Source: a virus (taxonomy: Duplodnaviria > Caudoviricetes). From it: 59,977 bases of DNA. Of the stretch, positions 56,146 to 59,977 are shown piece after piece. Location: the IMG/VR virus record IMGVR_UViG_3300025853_000004, positions 1 through 59,977 of that record. One strand, written 5' to 3'. The notes under the pieces were generated by a model. That model made no database searches. It was not told the DNA's origin and saw only the letters and a program-made list of their open reading frames with translations. Position numbers and translations under genes: made by a program. Every line of letters begins with the position of its first letter. The first letter of the stretch is position 1.

Positions 56146-56268
56146 TCACTTCTTCTCCTGCGGCTTTTTACCGCATTTGTCGCATTTTTGTTTCGGGCGA
56201 AAAATGAACTTAGAGCCGCAAGCTGTCTGGTACATCCCTTCCTTGTAGGTGTACTCGCAGATTTTCAT
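56146..56268 (-). CDS. 40-aa Cys-rich peptide (not in track)
   Basis: MKICEY...TACG...CDKCGK; TGATG coupling at both ends. Confidence 0.5.
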   Translation of the reverse strand: MKICEYTYKEGMYQTACGSKFIFRPKQKCDKCGKKPQEKK

Positions 56269-56346
56269 CAGTCATCCTTCGGTGGAATACTCATGATTCC
56301 CCAAATTGCTAAAATTGCTAAAATAAGCGCGGCGACAAATTCCATA

Positions 56347-56658
56347 TCAGCCGTCCTTTTTCTTGGAGCCCAATGCGGATGCACCAAAGAACGCGCTTAC
56401 TAATACAGCAATAGACGCAAAGTATGTCGGCGCAATATCAGCAATTAGATTCGCGGCTGTATCCATACCGAAGGCATTAGCAAGAAAAATACCAAATGGA
56501 TACAGTAGAAGACCAAAAAGAGCAAACCAAGCCATTTTGCGAATGGAATCACGCTGGGCATCTTCGTCTTCCATTTTGCGGCGCATGTCTTCCAACATGA
56601 TTCTACGTTCGACTTCATCGATCACACCGTCACCGTTTAAGTCATATTGTTCCGTCAT
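56347..56658 (-). CDS. Membrane protein with EF-hand-like loop
   Basis: Start MTEQYDLNGDGVIDEVE after GGAG; two TM segments; basic tail. Confidence 0.75.
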   Translation of the reverse strand: MTEQYDLNGDGVIDEVERRIMLEDMRRKMEDEDAQRDSIRKMAWFALFGLLLYPFGIFLANAFGMDTAANLIADIAPTYFASIAVLVSAFFGASALGSKKKDG

Positions 56659-56864
56659 ATCAATATCTCCAACATATTGTTCTTCGTTTCTATAACTTGA
56701 GCAGTCTTTCCGTATGTTATTGATTCTATTGTGTATTGATTCGAGAGTTTTTGCCAGTTTATATATGGAAGTTCCTTTGACTTCTGCTGGTACTCCGTAA
56801 CCGGACACCATGCGTCGGGCTTCCTGTAAACGGGATGAAAAGGACTTATAAAGAGGTCGCTCAC
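56655..56864 (-). CDS. Hypothetical protein
   Basis: 4-bp overlaps on both sides. Confidence 0.55.
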   Translation of the reverse strand: MSDLFISPFHPVYRKPDAWCPVTEYQQKSKELPYINWQKLSNQYTIESITYGKTAQVIETKNNMLEILI

Positions 56865-57046
56865 AATCCACCCATTTCATTCGTCTGTACGCAGACTACC
56901 TCATAATTCAATTTTGGCTTTGATGCCTGCGCTAAGACGTACTCTCGTACTTCAAAACACCTGTCCATTTCTACAAAAGCTCCCAGCGGTTTTGTAAAGA
57001 CTTGTGATCCTTGCACAAGGATTCCCACCAAGAGCCAGACGGTCAA
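56861..57046 (-). CDS. Small exported-like protein with two Cys
   Basis: Hydrophobic N-terminus, F..M..C...VC pattern. Confidence 0.55.
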   Translation of the reverse strand: MTVWLLVGILVQGSQVFTKPLGAFVEMDRCFEVREYVLAQASKPKLNYEVVCVQTNEMGGL

Positions 57047-57496
57047 CTAAGACCCTTTAAGGCTAATAAGCCAAAGTAAAAGGGCCACGGCCCCGCCAAC
57101 CACACCGAGAACAGCAATGCCAACAGCCACATACAAAAATCCATTCTGTACGGCTTTTTTACGAGCCAGTGCTTTAGCTTCTGCACGTTTCTTTTCGTTC
57201 TCCCGCATTTGCTTACGGTTGGCTATGAACTTTTGGTAGTCATCCCACAGTCCGGCCCTACCGTTATAGATAAACATTTGTTTTATTTCAGCTTCTTTCT
57301 TGCGAATGTCTTCTAAGGCAAAGAAAGCATCCATGTCACCATCTTTGGCTTTCTTTTCTATTTCGCCTTTAGCGTCAGCAAGTTTGGTAAGTTGGGGACC
57401 CATTTCACCGACCGACGAAACGTGACCGGCAAACTCTTTGATTGCGCCGATAGCCTCATTTGCTATTTTAATTGCGGCTATGGCTTCAAAGATCAT
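57047..57496 (-). CDS. Coiled-coil protein with C-terminal TM helix
   Basis: Helical body; FLYVAVGIAVLGVVGGAVALLLWLI. Confidence 0.75.
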   Translation of the reverse strand: MIFEAIAAIKIANEAIGAIKEFAGHVSSVGEMGPQLTKLADAKGEIEKKAKDGDMDAFFALEDIRKKEAEIKQMFIYNGRAGLWDDYQKFIANRKQMRENEKKRAEAKALARKKAVQNGFLYVAVGIAVLGVVGGAVALLLWLISLKGS

Positions 57497-57498
57497 AG

Positions 57499-57714
57499 CT
57501 AGAACACTCCTTTAAACCTTTGCGGTCGAGCAATCTTGCTAAAGCGGGGTACAACCCCGCCCTTGGCCGCTTTCATATCTAACTTTTCAGATTTTATCTT
57601 ACCCGCGTTAGATAGTGCAATTGCAACGGCTTGTTTATGCTTATAGCCTTCGCCCATCAGCTTACTAATGTTGTCGCTGATGGTTTTCTTGCTAGAGCCT
57701 TTTTTGAGGGGCAT
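57499..57714 (-). CDS. Small basic protein
   Basis: MPLKKG.S.KTIS.NI..L..EG...[10 protein letters not shown]; AAKGGVV. Confidence 0.8.
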   Translation of the reverse strand: MPLKKGSSKKTISDNISKLMGEGYKHKQAVAIALSNAGKIKSEKLDMKAAKGGVVPRFSKIARPQRFKGVF

Positions 57715-57911
57715 TAGTAACAGCCTTTGTAGCTACCACCACGCTTCGCCGCTCCCATACCACGCGCAGTGCCGCCGGGTACGTCCATTGGCGCTTCCGG
57801 AAGCGTTTCTCCGCCCTTGTAAGGAATCTTGCCTTGGCCTGCGATATCGGCATAGTTCACAGCTTTTGGGGCCGCGCCCGGAGTGTTTGTAACGATCTTC
57901 ACTTTTGACAT
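57714..57911 (-). CDS. Small basic Gly-rich protein
   Basis: Ends ARG.GAA.RGG.Y; directly follows the portal gene. Confidence 0.75.
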   Translation of the reverse strand: MSKVKIVTNTPGAAPKAVNYADIAGQGKIPYKGGETLPEAPMDVPGGTARGMGAAKRGGSYKGCY

Positions 57912-57912
57912 C

Positions 57913-59977
57913 TTACTGTCCTCTCATTTTAAGTAGTTCACGCTCACGACCTGCGTCGATCCGAGCTTGAGTTTGTGCCGCTTGCGCTTGTAACCGGTCG
58001 TAGAACTGGCGGTCACGCATCTGCAACGTCTGCTGATCCAATTGTAACTTAGCCGCATCCAACTGTGCATCTTGCTGTTCAGCCTGCGCCTTGAGTTGCA
58101 ATTCCTGTTCCTTGAGTTGCACAACAGGATCTGGCCCTTGCCCAGATACTTGCTGAGACAACTGCTTGACCTGTTGCATCCCTTCGGCAATGTATTGAGC
58201 GACTAAGCCCTCAAACTCCATCATGCGCTGTTCAGGGTTCGCCGCAGGTCCTTGTTGCGCGGTAATTTGCTCAAACTCAGCCGAAGCGCGCTCCCGAGCA
58301 GATATCTGAACGTGCTCCATGATGTGTTTCTGCAAAGCCATCGCCACAGGAGGCATACCAGCAACCATCGGCGTTGAACCAAAAACCATATGTGACATGA
58401 TATGTGCTTGATGGTTTTGACCCTCGAAGGCTTCGAGTTTGGCCATGTCGAGTGCATCGATATTCTCCTGTGCAGGGTCCGCGGGCCGCGAGTCGTCTTC
58501 CGGTGCCGCCTTCATGATCCTGTCAATATCCCTCACGCCCAACGCATCGTACATATCGCGGTAGACTTCATACATGTTGTGGAGTTCCGGAGCGGCGCCC
58601 GCCAACTGTAGTTTTGTCTGCGCCAGTACAATCCGCTGTGCCTGACTGAATACGTTCGGATCGGAGACAGGAATGACGTCTACGCGATCATCAAAATCTG
58701 TTGCCATGACCGAAGAGTCTTCGCCTTCCACAGAGTACGGATACTCTGGGGGCAAGCTCTCTGCCATGACGCGAGCCAAAATCTTAAACTCAAGACGCAT
58801 TGCATAATGCAACCGTTTGTGGATAGCCGACATGACCCGCGAGCCTTGCTCCAGCATTGCGATTGTCGTGCCCACAGCGGCGTTCTGATTGCCGTCGCCT
58901 ACCTTCATATCTGTAATGGTCGCGAACCGCTGTCCGGCCTCTACAACGAAGCCTAGCAACTGGAACAGCGTCTGGTCTGGGCCTTTGAACGGCAGAGGCA
59001 TCAAGCTGTCGCGAATCGCACCGCCGGGGGCGTCCACATCTCGGAATTCACCGGGCTGGAGTGGATCATCATCGTCCCTGATCCGCAGACCACGGGCTTT
59101 GAAACCTGCGGGCAGGTTCGAGAGCGTACCGGCGTCGATCAACTGCCGTAATGCCGAGGTTGCTGTGCGGGACAGGCCGCCAATGGTGTGGATCAAGCCC
59201 AAGCCATAGAAACCAAAGCCCGGTAAGAACTTGTAATGCACAAAATATTGAATTTTCTTACGGAATTCGTCGTCTTCAGCGTAATTCCGACGGATAGCGA
59301 GGATTTCGCCCGTGTCATAGCTTAATGTAACGACGTATGGGATCTTGATACCCGTCAATTCGCCTTCGTCATCGACATCTTCATAGCCTTCGAGGTCCAA
59401 ATCGACGTGACACTCCAACAAAGTTGCGTCGTAATCAATCTGAGAGGCGGTTACGCCATCAATCCGGTTGATTTCGTCGGTAACAGAGTCGCTCTGACCC
59501 TCGCCCGGAGTAACCGGAACGTCCAGATAGAAGCCTGAAACCTGCTGTTTCCGCAAATCGTTGAGCGACATCCGCACAACTTGCGTAATATTCGGGCAAG
59601 TTTCCAGATCGGAGGTTTCGTAAGGCACGACGAGGTTTTCTGCGGGGACAAATTTGCTCACCGCGCGGTTTAAGTTCTCGTCGAAATACACTTTCTTAAA
59701 GGTAGAACCCGCCAGTGGGAGGTAGAACAGCATCTGATCCATGTCTGGCGTGTAGTCTTCCATCACGTTGGTGATGTAATAATTCATAAACTGACGAACA
59801 CGACGTGCCTGACCCTCTTTTTCCTTGGTCTTATCGCCCATAACGGTGGTGCGAACAGGCCCAGAAGCCGGCAATAATTCGTTAAACGCCTGTGCTTGGA
59901 ACTGCGTCGCCGCTTCGGCCAGCAAAGGATGCGTTACACCGCTGGATCCGCGGAAAGGTTGCGTCCGCTCTTCGTAG
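57913..59977 (-). CDS. Portal protein, C-terminal part
   Basis: HPLLAEA..QFQA.A, LPLAGS.FKKVY, GFYG.GL, LRQL.DAGTL.NLP.GFK, VGTT.A..E. Confidence 0.92.
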   Translation of the reverse strand, partial: YEERTQPFRGSSGVTHPLLAEAATQFQAQAFNELLPASGPVRTTVMGDKTKEKEGQARRVRQFMNYYITNVMEDYTPDMDQMLFYLPLAGSTFKKVYFDENLNRAVSKFVPAENLVVPYETSDLETCPNITQVVRMSLNDLRKQQVSGFYLDVPVTPGEGQSDSVTDEINRIDGVTASQIDYDATLLECHVDLDLEGYEDVDDEGELTGIKIPYVVTLSYDTGEILAIRRNYAEDDEFRKKIQYFVHYKFLPGFGFYGLGLIHTIGGLSRTATSALRQLIDAGTLSNLPAGFKARGLRIRDDDDPLQPGEFRDVDAPGGAIRDSLMPLPFKGPDQTLFQLLGFVVEAGQRFATITDMKVGDGNQNAAVGTTIAMLEQGSRVMSAIHKRLHYAMRLEFKILARVMAESLPPEYPYSVEGEDSSVMATDFDDRVDVIPVSDPNVFSQAQRIVLAQTKLQLAGAAPELHNMYEVYRDMYDALGVRDIDRIMKAAPEDDSRPADPAQENIDALDMAKLEAFEGQNHQAHIMSHMVFGSTPMVAGMPPVAMALQKHIMEHVQISARERASAEFEQITAQQGPAANPEQRMMEFEGLVAQYIAEGMQQVKQLSQQVSGQGPDPVVQLKEQELQLKAQAEQQDAQLDAAKLQLDQQTLQMRDRQFYDRLQAQAAQTQARIDAGRERELLKMRGQ
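59937..59977. repeat. 41-bp terminal direct repeat, copy 2
   Basis: Identical to 1-41. Confidence 0.97.

Noticed and set aside
56659-56880. N-terminal extension of the 177-aa ORF
   Set aside because: Overlaps a better-coupled 69-aa ORF; the RBS supports a start at 56658.

Overview
The window is an apparently complete, circularly assembled ~59.9 kb tailed dsDNA phage genome; bases 1-41 are identical to 59937-59977 and the portal gene runs across the junction. Gene content fits a marine podovirus-like phage, resembling from recall (not searched) the ~60 kb HTVC023P/uvMED-like group. Nearly all genes are on the minus strand. Modules: replication (SSB-like protein, AEP primase, UvrD helicase, family A polymerase, and a lone plus-strand SNF2 helicase), TerS and a nuclease, a run of small cassettes each with its own sigma70 promoter and terminator (incl. 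DUF932), TerL, a polyvalent-like protein, portal, lysis genes, GroES, scaffold, capsid, connectors, many tail fibres and ejection proteins. I saw no integrase, RNA polymerase, tRNA or CRISPR. Standouts: (1) an HlyC-type toxin-activating acyltransferase overlapping a candidate substrate gene at the end of the ejection-protein operon; (2) an oriC-like element (four perfect DnaA boxes, consensus IHF site, GATC cluster); (3) 3'UTR elements antisense to the conserved early-gene ribosome-binding leader; (4) a GG motif shared by many internal virion proteins; (5) a pseudoknotted leader after the capsid gene. All calls come from reading motifs by eye.
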